Positions 37,038-46,470 of a stretch of 51,391 nt of DNA are shown one piece after another. Under the pieces are notes generated by a model. It was given only the letters and a program-made list of their open reading frames with translations. It searched no databases and was not told where the DNA came from. Source of the stretch: Candidatus Krumholzibacteriota bacterium (GTDB lineage Bacteria > Krumholzibacteriota > Krumholzibacteriia > LZORAL124-64-63); contig JBDLKA010000016.1 of assembly GCA_039714075.1 (NCBI GenBank), forward strand, positions 1-51,391, read 5' to 3'. The stretch's first letter is position 1. Each line of letters opens with the position of its first letter. The position numbers and the translations under genes were made by a program.

Positions 37038-38681
37038 TCAGGCGGGATTGCGCCTCAGGGCCAGCAGGGTCACGTCGTCGCCGATGGGCGCGTCACCCCG
37101 GAAGTCCTTCAACTCCACCTGCAGCTTGTCGAACATTCCCGCCAGGTCCTTTCCACGCTCGACGACCAGCAGTTTTTCGAAATTGTCCTCCCCGTATTCC
37201 TCATCATCCCGGCGCTGGGTTTCGGGGATGCCGTCGCTGTACAGCGTGATCAGGTCGCCGGGTTCCAGTTTCAGTTCGCCGGTCTTGTAGGGAGATTCCG
37301 CAATGATCCCCACGGGCATTCCGGTCGACGCCAGGGTTTCGACCGTCCCGTCGGCCCGAATCAGGAATGGCGGGTTGTGGCCGGCGTTGACATAGGTCAC
37401 CCGGCCGGTGGCCGGCTCGAGATAACCCAGGAAGAAGGTGGTGAAGCGAACCGTGTCGGTGCACCTGAAAATCTGCTGGTTGAGCTTGGTGATCAGGGGC
37501 TGCGGTTCCCATTGCTCGTCGACCATGAAGCGGGTCCAGGACAGGATGTGCGACACCAGCAGGGCGGCGCCCAACCCCTTGCCCACCACGTCGCCGATCA
37601 GGAAGGCGTAGCGCCCGTCGTCCATCATCTTGGCGTCGTAGAGATCGCCCCCGACGGCATAACAGGGAATGATCCGGGCAAACAGGTCATAGCCTTCACA
37701 GGGCGGCAGGTCGGCGGGCAGGATGTTGTCGAGAATTTCGCTGGCGGTCCGCAACTGGGCGTCTTGCAGGCGTTTTTCCTCTTCCAGCACATGGTAGCGG
37801 GCATGGGTGATGGCCACGGCGATCACGTTGGCCAGCAGGGTGAAGGCCGACAGCTGGTCCTTGGAAAAGCGTTTGCCCGCCCGGGAATCGTCGGCGTACA
37901 GCAGGCCGATAACGTCCTCGTTGTCGAACAGGGGCACGGCGATGGCACTGCGGATGCCCTGGGACACCATGCTCATCATGCCGCCGAAACCCGGATCATT
38001 CAGGGGGTCGGAGGTCAGGAAGGATTTTTTCTCGTCCAGAACCTGCTTCATCATGGTGCGACTGAGGGCCAGGGTGCCGGCGGGATGATTGCCCTGGACC
38101 CGCGACGCCTTGCTCACCGGTTCCTCCTCGCCCTCTTCGAGCAACAGGATGAAAACCCGTTCGGGATTCAGCAGGGCCGTTTCCACCAGGTCCAGGATGG
38201 GTTCGAACATCTCCTCGGGTTCCCGGGGAATCGTCAACAGGTCCCCGGCCTCGGCCAGGACCTGGAACAGGAGGGACTGCAGATCCCTCTTGTCCTTGCG
38301 GTCCTTCCGCACCTCGTCCCAGCTCATTTCGTGGCTGGGAACCATGGTCACCGATTCGTTGAACATGGACATGCCCGTGCTTGCGGGACCACCCGGACCC
38401 TCGACCCGGAAGGAGATGTTGGCCACCTCGATCACATCGCCCACTTTGATGGGCATGGGATCGGCTACTTTGGCCCCGTTCAACAGGGTTCCGTTGTGGC
38501 TGCCGAGGTCCTGCACGGTGGCCTCTGTCCCGTTGACCACGATTTCGGCGTGACGACGCGACACACTGGGCTGCACCAGTTTCAGGGCCGCGTCGTCGGC
38601 CCGCCCGATCAGGTGGCTGCCTTCGGCCAGCGCATGGCGGATTTCGCCTGACTCGACTATCCCCACCAGTGTTAGATCCAA
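37038..38681 (-). CDS. FHA-GAF-SpoIIE(PP2C) protein phosphatase
   Basis: FHA motifs IGR, VSRRHA, DLGSHNGT; GAF (AVPL...GLLYAD); PP2C motifs GGDLYD, GDVVGKG, YSDG, DDVT. Confidence 0.92.
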   Translation of the reverse strand: MDLTLVGIVESGEIRHALAEGSHLIGRADDAALKLVQPSVSRRHAEIVVNGTEATVQDLGSHNGTLLNGAKVADPMPIKVGDVIEVANISFRVEGPGGPASTGMSMFNESVTMVPSHEMSWDEVRKDRKDKRDLQSLLFQVLAEAGDLLTIPREPEEMFEPILDLVETALLNPERVFILLLEEGEEEPVSKASRVQGNHPAGTLALSRTMMKQVLDEKKSFLTSDPLNDPGFGGMMSMVSQGIRSAIAVPLFDNEDVIGLLYADDSRAGKRFSKDQLSAFTLLANVIAVAITHARYHVLEEEKRLQDAQLRTASEILDNILPADLPPCEGYDLFARIIPCYAVGGDLYDAKMMDDGRYAFLIGDVVGKGLGAALLVSHILSWTRFMVDEQWEPQPLITKLNQQIFRCTDTVRFTTFFLGYLEPATGRVTYVNAGHNPPFLIRADGTVETLASTGMPVGIIAESPYKTGELKLEPGDLITLYSDGIPETQRRDDEEYGEDNFEKLLVVERGKDLAGMFDKLQVELKDFRGDAPIGDDVTLLALRRNPA

Positions 38682-38913
38682 AATGAGCTCCTCGTCAATT
38701 GTCGCGGTTCCGGGCCGTCTTCAGGACCAGCAGGCGGCCATCCATCCTGTTCCCACTATAACTGGCCACGTTGTCGAGTTCCACCCCCTGGGGTGATCGA
38801 TTCCACAAACATTTCCATGGGAATATTCCATCTATTTTAGTGGGATTTTTATCCAGCCGCAATCCGGGACACGTAACGGCAAGGGATCGAAATGTTTGGA
38901 AAAGCCGGGGAAA

Positions 38914-39444
38914 TCAGGCGCCCGGAACCGTGGCGCGGATGATGAGAAAGACCATGACCAGGGCAATGGCGTGTTTGATCAGGATGGCCAGCAGACGGCC
39001 GAGAAAAGCGTGTCCCCCGACGCGCAGGCTGGGTTCCAGTTTTTCGCGGTTGTAGTACTCTCCCAAAACCGCGCCGCCGAAGGCTCCCGCGAAACTCCCC
39101 AGAATCGCCCCGACCAACGGGATCAGGGTGTTTCCGAGGGCGGCGCCGGCCAGGCCGCCGATAAAAGCCCCGATGATGCCCGCCTTGGAAGCCCCCTTTT
39201 TCGCCACGTAGAACGTGCCGACCACGAACTCGATGCCCTCACCGAGCAGGGCCAGCCCCAGTAGGACGGCCAGCAGTTTCCAGGTGATGGGATCAAACCC
39301 GGTCACCAGCGCGTGGATCAGCGCCAGACCGATGATGATGAAGGTTCCGCCCAACCCGAGATAGACGAACAGCGAGGCGGCGATCAGCAGCAGGACCCAG
39401 AAAAAGAACCCGGACCACAGGCCGATCTGCTGCAGGACCTCCAC
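38914..39444 (-). CDS. DUF456-family membrane protein
   Basis: Hydrophobic; KKGASKAG and Gly-rich GAFIGG...GAVLGEY. Start set at GTG 39444, just after the upstream stop. Confidence 0.8.
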   Translation of the reverse strand: MEVLQQIGLWSGFFFWVLLLIAASLFVYLGLGGTFIIIGLALIHALVTGFDPITWKLLAVLLGLALLGEGIEFVVGTFYVAKKGASKAGIIGAFIGGLAGAALGNTLIPLVGAILGSFAGAFGGAVLGEYYNREKLEPSLRVGGHAFLGRLLAILIKHAIALVMVFLIIRATVPGA

Positions 39445-39445
39445 C

Positions 39446-40114
39446 TCAGTGCCCTGTACCGAAGGACTGCTCACCCGCCTCGACGGCGAAGGACAGCTTG
39501 TTGGACATGGGTGGCAGGGTGCAGTTGAACTTGTCGGGGTTGTAGTCGCACAGCGGATTGTAGGCGTAATTGAAATCCAGATCGACCATGCCTTCGGAAT
39601 CGATCGTCACGTCCAGGTAACGACCGCCGGCGTAGGTCGCCTTGCCGCTGGTGTCATCAAAGAAGGGCAGCCACAGATAGTCTCCGCCCCTGGTGTCGGC
39701 GGGCCCGAACACCTCCAGGTGGTGAACCTTGTTCTCATGGGAAAAGGCCAGCGTGCCGCGCCGGATGTAGGGCACCACCTGTCCCTTGCGCTTTGTCAGT
39801 CCCACGGTGTCGGTACCGGCCTCGGCGACAAACGGCGTCCTGAAGCGCAGCTCCGTCTTGGGGAAATAGTAGTTGAGTCCCTCGAACCCCTCGATATCCG
39901 CGGCCGGCAGGGGCGACCTTTCCGCCCGGGAAAATTCCTCGTTCTTTTCGATGCGCATTTCCACCAGGGCGATCTCCCAGGTTTCCAGCTCGTCCGGTCC
40001 CATGGTCACCGGGCCGGGAGCCTCTTCCTTTTCACCGCAGCCTGAAAACAGGACGGTGCCAACAGCCAGGAGCAGAAGGGCGAACTTCGGGAAGCGGGGC
40101 ATGTCTTTCCTCAT
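39446..40114 (-). CDS. DUF1684-family lipoprotein
   Basis: Lipobox FSGC; SPL, GLNYYF, PFFDDTSG, TYAGGRYL, DFNYAYNPLC, CTLPP, VEAGE. Confidence 0.88.
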   Translation of the reverse strand: MRKDMPRFPKFALLLLAVGTVLFSGCGEKEEAPGPVTMGPDELETWEIALVEMRIEKNEEFSRAERSPLPAADIEGFEGLNYYFPKTELRFRTPFVAEAGTDTVGLTKRKGQVVPYIRRGTLAFSHENKVHHLEVFGPADTRGGDYLWLPFFDDTSGKATYAGGRYLDVTIDSEGMVDLDFNYAYNPLCDYNPDKFNCTLPPMSNKLSFAVEAGEQSFGTGH

Positions 40115-40264
40115 GTCGGAATCCTTGGAAATGGGGTTGGGTGACGTAAATTCCAGCGCCTATAATAGCACCCTTGGGTTCCGGTTTCAAAACCGGCCCA
40201 CTTTGTATACCATTACCCTGCGTTGAAGCGGAGACAATCTTCCTTTTTTCGGCCGGGAGGGCCC

Positions 40265-42097
40265 TTGAGTACGAACGAACCGAATAGTGTGGATAAATCC
40301 CCCGGACAACCGCCGTTCCTGATCGAATTGTGGGTTTTCATCGCCGCGGTAATCGGCCGGATCCCTGCCCTGGGCTCCTGGTGGAACCAGGACGATTGGG
40401 GCCAGTTGGGCCGTTCGGCCGGCCTGTCGGGCCTGGAAGTGGGTTCCGGATTCCCGGCCCGCTGGCTCAGCCAACACCTCTGGTGGGACCTGACCTGGCC
40501 TTTGTTCGGCCTCAACTCGGACGCCCACGCCCTTGCCCGCCTCTTGCTGCACGGCCTCAGCGCGGTCCTGGTGACCCGCATCGGGGCCCTGGCCGGCCTG
40601 GGCCGCCCGGCACGCCTGCTGGCGGGGCTGCTGTTCGCCGTTTCACCCCTGGCCTTTACGCCGTTGTACTGGGCTTCGGGCATCCAGGAATTGCTGGCCG
40701 CCTTCTTCGCCCTGCTTGCGGTGGAACGCTGGCTGTCCGCCGGCGTCGTCGATTCCGGAAGCCGCCGCAACCTTTTGCTGGCTTGCCTGGCAGCGATCCT
40801 CTCCATGCTGGCCAAGGAATCCGGCCTCGGCCTGCCCCTGCTTTTTCTGGGGCTGATGTGGCTGCGTATCGGCGTCCGGCTCGAGGACAAGGCCTTCGCC
40901 TGGGCCATGGTCATGTTCATGCTGCTGGCCGCGGTCGCCGAGGGCGTCCTGGTGATGAACCACTTCGCCGCCGACTCCACCGGATCCTATGCGACCGGAA
41001 CCTGGGACCGCGTGTTGACCAACCTGTGCATCTACGGCTGGTGGCTGATGTCGCCCGGCCCCATTCTGGCCAGCAAGCTCCTGTGGCCCAAGCTTGTGCC
41101 CGGCGGAATGCTGTTCGCGGCCTGGTTGGTCGCCGGTGTGATCCGTTGGCGCGGCGGCCGCAAACTGGTCCTGCTGGCTCTGGTCGCGGCCCTGTTGTCC
41201 CTGGGGCCCGTCCTCCTGTTGAAGGATCGTTTCCTGCCCTACCTGGCCTATCTTGCCGGAGCCGCCGGAGCCCTGGCCCTGGTTTCCTTCCTGCCGGCCC
41301 GCTGGTCCCCGCGCTATCCGGTGCTGGTCCTGTTGACCATCGCAGCCACGGTCTGGGGCTTCACCGGGATGCGAATGCGCCTGGCCAGCCGGAATGAACT
41401 GGGCCTGGTCGCTGATCCCGTGGTCCACGCAACCAGCGTATCCTGGCAGGCCTGCCGCACCCTGAAAGAATTGAGCCGGCACCAGGGAGGAGACCGCCCG
41501 CAATACCTGACCATCTTTCAACAGCCCGTCAGCGCCGCCAGCGCGGACAAGGCCGAACGCTTCGGTGAACGCTGGGTGGACCCCTCGGACCTTTACAACG
41601 CCTTGCATGGAACCGTGGGACTCAATCTCGTCCTGGGGCCCGACATCACCATTGCCTGGGCCAGCGGCCTGGCCACCAATCCACCCGAGGCCCTGGTCGT
41701 GAGCGAAACCGGCACCGGCCTGCGTGTCTGGGGCCCGACCTGGAACGCCTTGTTGTATGCCGCCCTGACGGACATCGGCCTGGGCCACTTCGAGCGGGCC
41801 CGCCGGCACCTCGTCAAAGCGGCCGCCCTCAACGAAGAGACCATGATGTTCATCTACGACGAAGGTCAGATGATCATTCCGTTGACCATGGTGATGGACA
41901 ACAAGGAGCGTTTCGTGGACTGGACAGTCAGCCTGCTCAACCGGGGAGGTTCCCCCCACGAGGTCGGCGGGGTCCAGGAGATGTTCTTCAATCTGCTCAG
42001 CAGTTGCACCGGCCGCAGCGTCGGCGACCTGACCACCGGCAGCCACCTGATTTCAAGCAGCGACACCACTTCCTACGAAATCCAAGAAGGAGAATAG
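40265..42097 (+). CDS. Polytopic membrane protein, possible GT-C-fold glycosyltransferase
   Basis: More than 10 TM segments; QDDW after the first TM; LAKES motif; soluble C-terminal domain. TTG 40265 follows GGGAGGG. Confidence 0.6.
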   Translation: MSTNEPNSVDKSPGQPPFLIELWVFIAAVIGRIPALGSWWNQDDWGQLGRSAGLSGLEVGSGFPARWLSQHLWWDLTWPLFGLNSDAHALARLLLHGLSAVLVTRIGALAGLGRPARLLAGLLFAVSPLAFTPLYWASGIQELLAAFFALLAVERWLSAGVVDSGSRRNLLLACLAAILSMLAKESGLGLPLLFLGLMWLRIGVRLEDKAFAWAMVMFMLLAAVAEGVLVMNHFAADSTGSYATGTWDRVLTNLCIYGWWLMSPGPILASKLLWPKLVPGGMLFAAWLVAGVIRWRGGRKLVLLALVAALLSLGPVLLLKDRFLPYLAYLAGAAGALALVSFLPARWSPRYPVLVLLTIAATVWGFTGMRMRLASRNELGLVADPVVHATSVSWQACRTLKELSRHQGGDRPQYLTIFQQPVSAASADKAERFGERWVDPSDLYNALHGTVGLNLVLGPDITIAWASGLATNPPEALVVSETGTGLRVWGPTWNALLYAALTDIGLGHFERARRHLVKAAALNEETMMFIYDEGQMIIPLTMVMDNKERFVDWTVSLLNRGGSPHEVGGVQEMFFNLLSSCTGRSVGDLTTGSHLISSSDTTSYEIQEGE

Positions 42098-42099
42098 AC

Positions 42100-43194
42100 A
42101 TGGATGGACTTTCCGGCTTCCTGGGACGAGAAATCGGACCCTGGGTCCTGCTTCATTTCGTGGTGGCGTTCGGTTTCATTCTCGCCGGTTTCATCCTGCG
42201 GGCGATCCTCAACACGGTCGTCGCGCACCGGTTGGCCGCCCTGGCCGCAAAAACCGAGACCGAGGCCGACGACGCCGCCACCGCGGCCATCGTCAACCCT
42301 CTGGGCCTGATCCTGCCCGTGGGCGGGATCTACCTCGCCATCCGCACCCTGATGGCGGCCGTGCCGGAATGGGTGGCCACCGCGGACAAGATCTTCATGG
42401 TGGCCAGCGTGCTGGTGATCACCTGGACCCTGTTCAAACTGGCCGACGCGGTGACCATCCTGCTGAAGGAACTGGCCTCGAAGACCGATTCCAAGCTCGA
42501 CGACCAGGTCGTGCCTTTACTGCGCAAGGCCCTGAAGATCTTCATCGGGATCCTGGGCTTCATCCTGATTGCCCAGAACCTGGGGTACTCCGTTTCCGGG
42601 CTGCTGGCCGGTCTGGGCATCGGCGGCCTGGCCCTGGCCATGGCTTCGAAGGATACCCTGGCCAATCTATTCGGTTCGATCATGATCCTCATCGACCGGC
42701 CCTTCCACGTCGGCGACTGGATCACCTTTCCCGGCGGCGACGGTGTGGTCGAAGAGGTCGGCATGCGCTCGACGCGGGTGCGCACCTTCGCCAAGACGGT
42801 TGTCTCCATTCCCAACCAGGCCCTGGCCAACGCCACGGTGGAGAACCACTCGCTGATGCCCAAGCGGCGCATCAAATTCACCCTGGGGGTAACCTACGAA
42901 TCCACCGTGGAGCAGGTCACCGGGCTGGTGGCGCGCATCGAGGAATATCTGAAAAGCAACGCCGACATCGACCAGGAGTTCATGCTGGTCAAGTTCACCG
43001 ACTTCAACGAATCGAGCCTGGATCTCTTCGTCTACTGTTTCACCGTGACCACGGACTGGACGAAGCACCTGTCAGTGAAGCAGGACGTGAACCTGAAGAT
43101 CATGTCGCTGGTCGAGGAGATGGGCATGGGCATCGCCTTCCCGACGCAGACGGTGCATCTGGTGGAGGAAGAGGAAAACCCTCAACCATCATAG
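42100..43194 (+). CDS. mscS: MscS-family small-conductance mechanosensitive channel
   Basis: GLGIGGLALAMASKDTLANLFGS, DRPFHVGDWI, GMRSTRVR, IPN, IAFPTQT. ATG follows AAGGAG. Confidence 0.93.
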   Translation: MDGLSGFLGREIGPWVLLHFVVAFGFILAGFILRAILNTVVAHRLAALAAKTETEADDAATAAIVNPLGLILPVGGIYLAIRTLMAAVPEWVATADKIFMVASVLVITWTLFKLADAVTILLKELASKTDSKLDDQVVPLLRKALKIFIGILGFILIAQNLGYSVSGLLAGLGIGGLALAMASKDTLANLFGSIMILIDRPFHVGDWITFPGGDGVVEEVGMRSTRVRTFAKTVVSIPNQALANATVENHSLMPKRRIKFTLGVTYESTVEQVTGLVARIEEYLKSNADIDQEFMLVKFTDFNESSLDLFVYCFTVTTDWTKHLSVKQDVNLKIMSLVEEMGMGIAFPTQTVHLVEEEENPQPS

Positions 43195-43195
43195 G

Positions 43196-44422
43196 TCAGG
43201 GATTGTCCAGAATGCTTTTGAACCGGACCTGCTGGTCCCGGTAGTACTTGTTCTCCGGATCCAGCTCCATGCAGCGCTCGACCAGCTGGAGCGCCTCGTT
43301 GGTCTCCCCCTTCAGGAACACCAGCTCGGCCAGGGTGTCCATGAGCATGGCCACATGTGCCGGATTGTCGTCCATGGCCACACCTTCTCGAGCAACTTCT
43401 TCCGCTTCGACCAGCTGCACTCGATGTTCGAAGCAGTACCAGGCGTAAAGATTCCTGCTATAGACGTTGTCCTGGATCTCGAGGACATCTCGTTTGGCCT
43501 GAGCGGCGGCGAGGTGATCCTTCAAGTGGTAATGTGCGTAATCGAAGCGCAGCCACGGGTTTTTGGCGAGATTCCCCGAGGCACTTTCTTCTTCAAAGGC
43601 TTTCTCCAGGTAAGGATGTCGCAGGGAATCATCCTTGGCGCGTTCGGCCACCTGTTTCATAAGGGTATACAGGCGGTACCAGTATCTTTCGACGTCGGCC
43701 GGTTGGGCGATTGCGGCCTCGGCCACCGGCTTAATTTGTTCGACGGTGGACCATCCTTCCCTGAGTCCGACCAAGAGAGGCCAGATGAGATCGAGCCTTT
43801 GTTCGCCGGGAGCTCCCCGTTCCAGGGCATTGGCAAAGTGAGATGCCGCCTGTTCAAATTCCTTTCGCTGGGCGTAATGGCGGGCCAGGGCTGTCTGTCC
43901 CTCCCACGACGCATCGGCGGTGAAGCTCGCCAATCGTTGTTCGTCGGGCATGGCCGCGGCCAGGAGGTCCTTGAATTTTTCCTGGAAGTCTTCTGCGTCT
44001 TTGTACCCTGCGATACGACCGTTCTCAACCCCATCGGCATCCATCAGGATGAACTGCGGGACCGATGAGACGGGGTGCGCTTCACCGAAGGCGGCGCTGG
44101 TGGAGTCCTCCATGTCGATGGACAGGAAGACCACCTCGGAAAGCATTTCCCGGATAGCGGGATTGTTTTCGAGATCCCGTTGAAAGGCCTTGCAGGGGCC
44201 GCACCAGGTGGTGAAGGCGTCGGCCAGGACGAAGGTTTTCCCAGCGCGGGCTTCGGCCATGGCCTGGTCGAGGGCTTCCTGGAAATTGATGGAGGGCGCC
44301 TCGGTTGTACTGGTCGACTGGTTGGTTTCGGCGATAACACCCGGGGAAACCAGCAGGACAAGTACCATGATGAAGGGGGAAATGGTTTTAATGGCGACCC
44401 TCCTAATGATCGGGAATTCCAA
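43196..44422 (-). CDS. Secreted thioredoxin-fold protein with C-terminal TPR-like repeats
   Basis: WCGPC active site, cis-Pro VP; helical repeats (DTLAEL...LDPENKYY). Start uncertain. Confidence 0.82.
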   Translation of the reverse strand: MEFPIIRRVAIKTISPFIMVLVLLVSPGVIAETNQSTSTTEAPSINFQEALDQAMAEARAGKTFVLADAFTTWCGPCKAFQRDLENNPAIREMLSEVVFLSIDMEDSTSAAFGEAHPVSSVPQFILMDADGVENGRIAGYKDAEDFQEKFKDLLAAAMPDEQRLASFTADASWEGQTALARHYAQRKEFEQAASHFANALERGAPGEQRLDLIWPLLVGLREGWSTVEQIKPVAEAAIAQPADVERYWYRLYTLMKQVAERAKDDSLRHPYLEKAFEEESASGNLAKNPWLRFDYAHYHLKDHLAAAQAKRDVLEIQDNVYSRNLYAWYCFEHRVQLVEAEEVAREGVAMDDNPAHVAMLMDTLAELVFLKGETNEALQLVERCMELDPENKYYRDQQVRFKSILDNP

Positions 44423-44511
44423 AGTGAAAACGATATCAGGCCAGGATAATCAGGTTGACCCAAGACACTATCCAACAAATGGTTGTCTTTCAAGTAAGGA
44501 TGACCAAACGG

Positions 44512-44545
44512 CAAAAAGAGGTGTCCCCGGGGGCACCTCTTTTTG
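44512..44545. repeat. 34-bp palindrome, copy 1
   Basis: CAAAAAGAGGTGTCCCCGGGGGCACCTCTTTTTG, one mismatch to the perfect copy at 48909-48942. Confidence 0.9.
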
Positions 44546-44707
44546 AGACATGGGGCGTTCTGCGGCCAATCTCCATTTCAGAGGCACAACCAGATTAGAA
44601 CATTTCTTCTCCCCGACCGTAATTCTCATGCTTTAATGGCAACACATTCACTCATTCCGCCGACCATATACCAGGCGGCTCCTCCAATCCCAAGGGAGAC
44701 CCACCCC

Positions 44708-45856
44708 ATGACCTGGACCAGACGCGATTTCCTGAAGACCGCCGCCGTGGGCGGGGCCGCCGCCACCGCCGGGGCGCTTTCCGCCAGCCAGGCCTTCGCC
44801 GATTTCACTCCCCTGAAGAGCAAAAAGAAACTGAAGATCCTGGTTCTGGGCGGGACCCGTTTCCTGGGGCCCGCCTTCGTGAACGAAGCCCGCAGCCGCG
44901 GCCACGAGGTCACTCTGTTCAACCGCGGAAAGTCGAACACGCACTTGTATCCGGACCTGGTCAAACTCAAGGGCGACCGCGACGGCGACCTGACCGCCCT
45001 GGAAACCGGCACCTGGGATATCTGTATGGATACCAGCGGATACATCCCCCACATGGTCAAGGCCTCGGCCGAACTGCTGAAGGGCCGGGTCGACCAGTAC
45101 ATCTTCATCTCGTCGATTTCCGTGTACGCCGATTTCAAGGAGCGCGGCCTGAACGAGAAATCCCCTGTAGGCGTGATCACCGACGAGGAGATCGCCACCG
45201 CGCTGACCATGAAGGACATCACCGGGCTGAACTACGGACCCCTGAAGGCGCTGTGCGAGCAGGCGGTGTCCGAGGTGTTCGGCAGGAAGGCCTGCAACAT
45301 CAGGCCGGGGCTGATCGTTGGCCCCCGGGACCGCAGCGACCGCTTCACCTACTGGCCCGTGCGCATCGCCAAGGGCGGCGAGGTGATGGTCCCGGACAAG
45401 CCGGAGATTCCCACCCAGGTCATCGACGTGCGCGACCTGGCCGAGTTCATCGTCAGGTGTTGCGAAAAAGACATCAACGGATTGTTTAACGCCACCTCGC
45501 CCCCGGAAGAACTGACCATGGGCGAACTGTTCGACACCTGCAAATCGGTGTCGGGTTCGGACGCCACCTTCACGTGGGTCGATACCGAATTTCTCGAGGA
45601 AAACGAGGTCGCGGCCTGGAGCGACATGCCCGTGTGGGTGCCCCTGAAGGGTGACGACGCCGGGCATCCCTTCGTGAACGTCGATCGGGCACTGAAGGCG
45701 GGCCTGACCTTCCGGCCGATCAGCGAGACGGTTCGCGGGACCCTGGACTGGTGGGCGACCGTGTCCCAGGAGCGCAAGGACAAACCGATGATCAGCGGCG
45801 TTACCGCCGAGCGCGAGGCCGAGCTTCTGGCCAAGTGGCACGCAGCCCAAGGCTAG
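44708..45856 (+). CDS. NAD(P)-dependent epimerase/dehydratase (extended SDR) with Tat signal
   Basis: TRRDFLK twin-arginine motif; GGTRFLG, FNRG, ISSISVY, YGPLK, RPGLIVGP, DVRDLA. Confidence 0.9.
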   Translation: MTWTRRDFLKTAAVGGAAATAGALSASQAFADFTPLKSKKKLKILVLGGTRFLGPAFVNEARSRGHEVTLFNRGKSNTHLYPDLVKLKGDRDGDLTALETGTWDICMDTSGYIPHMVKASAELLKGRVDQYIFISSISVYADFKERGLNEKSPVGVITDEEIATALTMKDITGLNYGPLKALCEQAVSEVFGRKACNIRPGLIVGPRDRSDRFTYWPVRIAKGGEVMVPDKPEIPTQVIDVRDLAEFIVRCCEKDINGLFNATSPPEELTMGELFDTCKSVSGSDATFTWVDTEFLEENEVAAWSDMPVWVPLKGDDAGHPFVNVDRALKAGLTFRPISETVRGTLDWWATVSQERKDKPMISGVTAEREAELLAKWHAAQG

Positions 45857-45893
45857 ACTCGATCATTATGCAGGATGAAGTGTGGCCGGGGTC

Positions 45894-46289
45894 CTACCCC
45901 AGGATCTCGGCCACCGCTTTGCGGGCGGCGTCCGCGTCGGTGGACGTGACGTAGATCTCCACCGGCCCGGTGACGGGGTTGACCACCGTGAGCCTGCCGA
46001 ATCCGAACAGGTCCTGGATCTGCTCCCCCTTGGCCATATACCGGATCTCGGCCATTTCCAACGCTTCCTCGATGAGGATCAGCTGGGCCTGGTCGCGCGC
46101 CACCAGAATTGGCACCAGTTCCATGTCCGGATCCGGCGCGGGCCGCCCGCCCAGTTCCTCGGGCCGTGGTGCGGGACCATCGACCAGAGTTGTCTGGCAG
46201 TCCGAGCAGATTTCCGCCGTGTCGTTGAATTCGGAAATGGTCTTGAACTTGGCGATGCCGCCGCAATCCGGGTTGGGGCAGTGTTTCAT
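45894..46289 (-). CDS. DUF2007-like small protein with N-terminal Cys motifs (putative Zn ribbon)
   Basis: CPNPDC...CSDC...LVD followed by LEMAEI...VEIYV...DADAA; GGAGGG upstream of ATG 46289. Confidence 0.75.
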   Translation of the reverse strand: MKHCPNPDCGGIAKFKTISEFNDTAEICSDCQTTLVDGPAPRPEELGGRPAPDPDMELVPILVARDQAQLILIEEALEMAEIRYMAKGEQIQDLFGFGRLTVVNPVTGPVEIYVTSTDADAARKAVAEILG

Positions 46290-46374
46290 GGCAGGTCCCT
46301 CCGGTGACATATTCCAATTGGTCTTCAATAAAAATCTAGCAGGCAACAGGGAATCCGACCATCTCTCGTTGACC

Positions 46375-46414
46375 AAAAAAATTCAGCCGCCCTGTTACGC
46401 GAGGCGGCTGAATT
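46375..46414 (-). terminator. Rho-independent terminator after the fibre-like gene
   Basis: Stem AATTCAGCCGCC / GGCGGCTGAATT followed by a T-run on the minus strand. Confidence 0.85.
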
Positions 46415-46470
46415 ACCCTGATGGCGAACTATTTATTCGATCCTGGCGCTTTCCGGGCGGGGACACGTCC

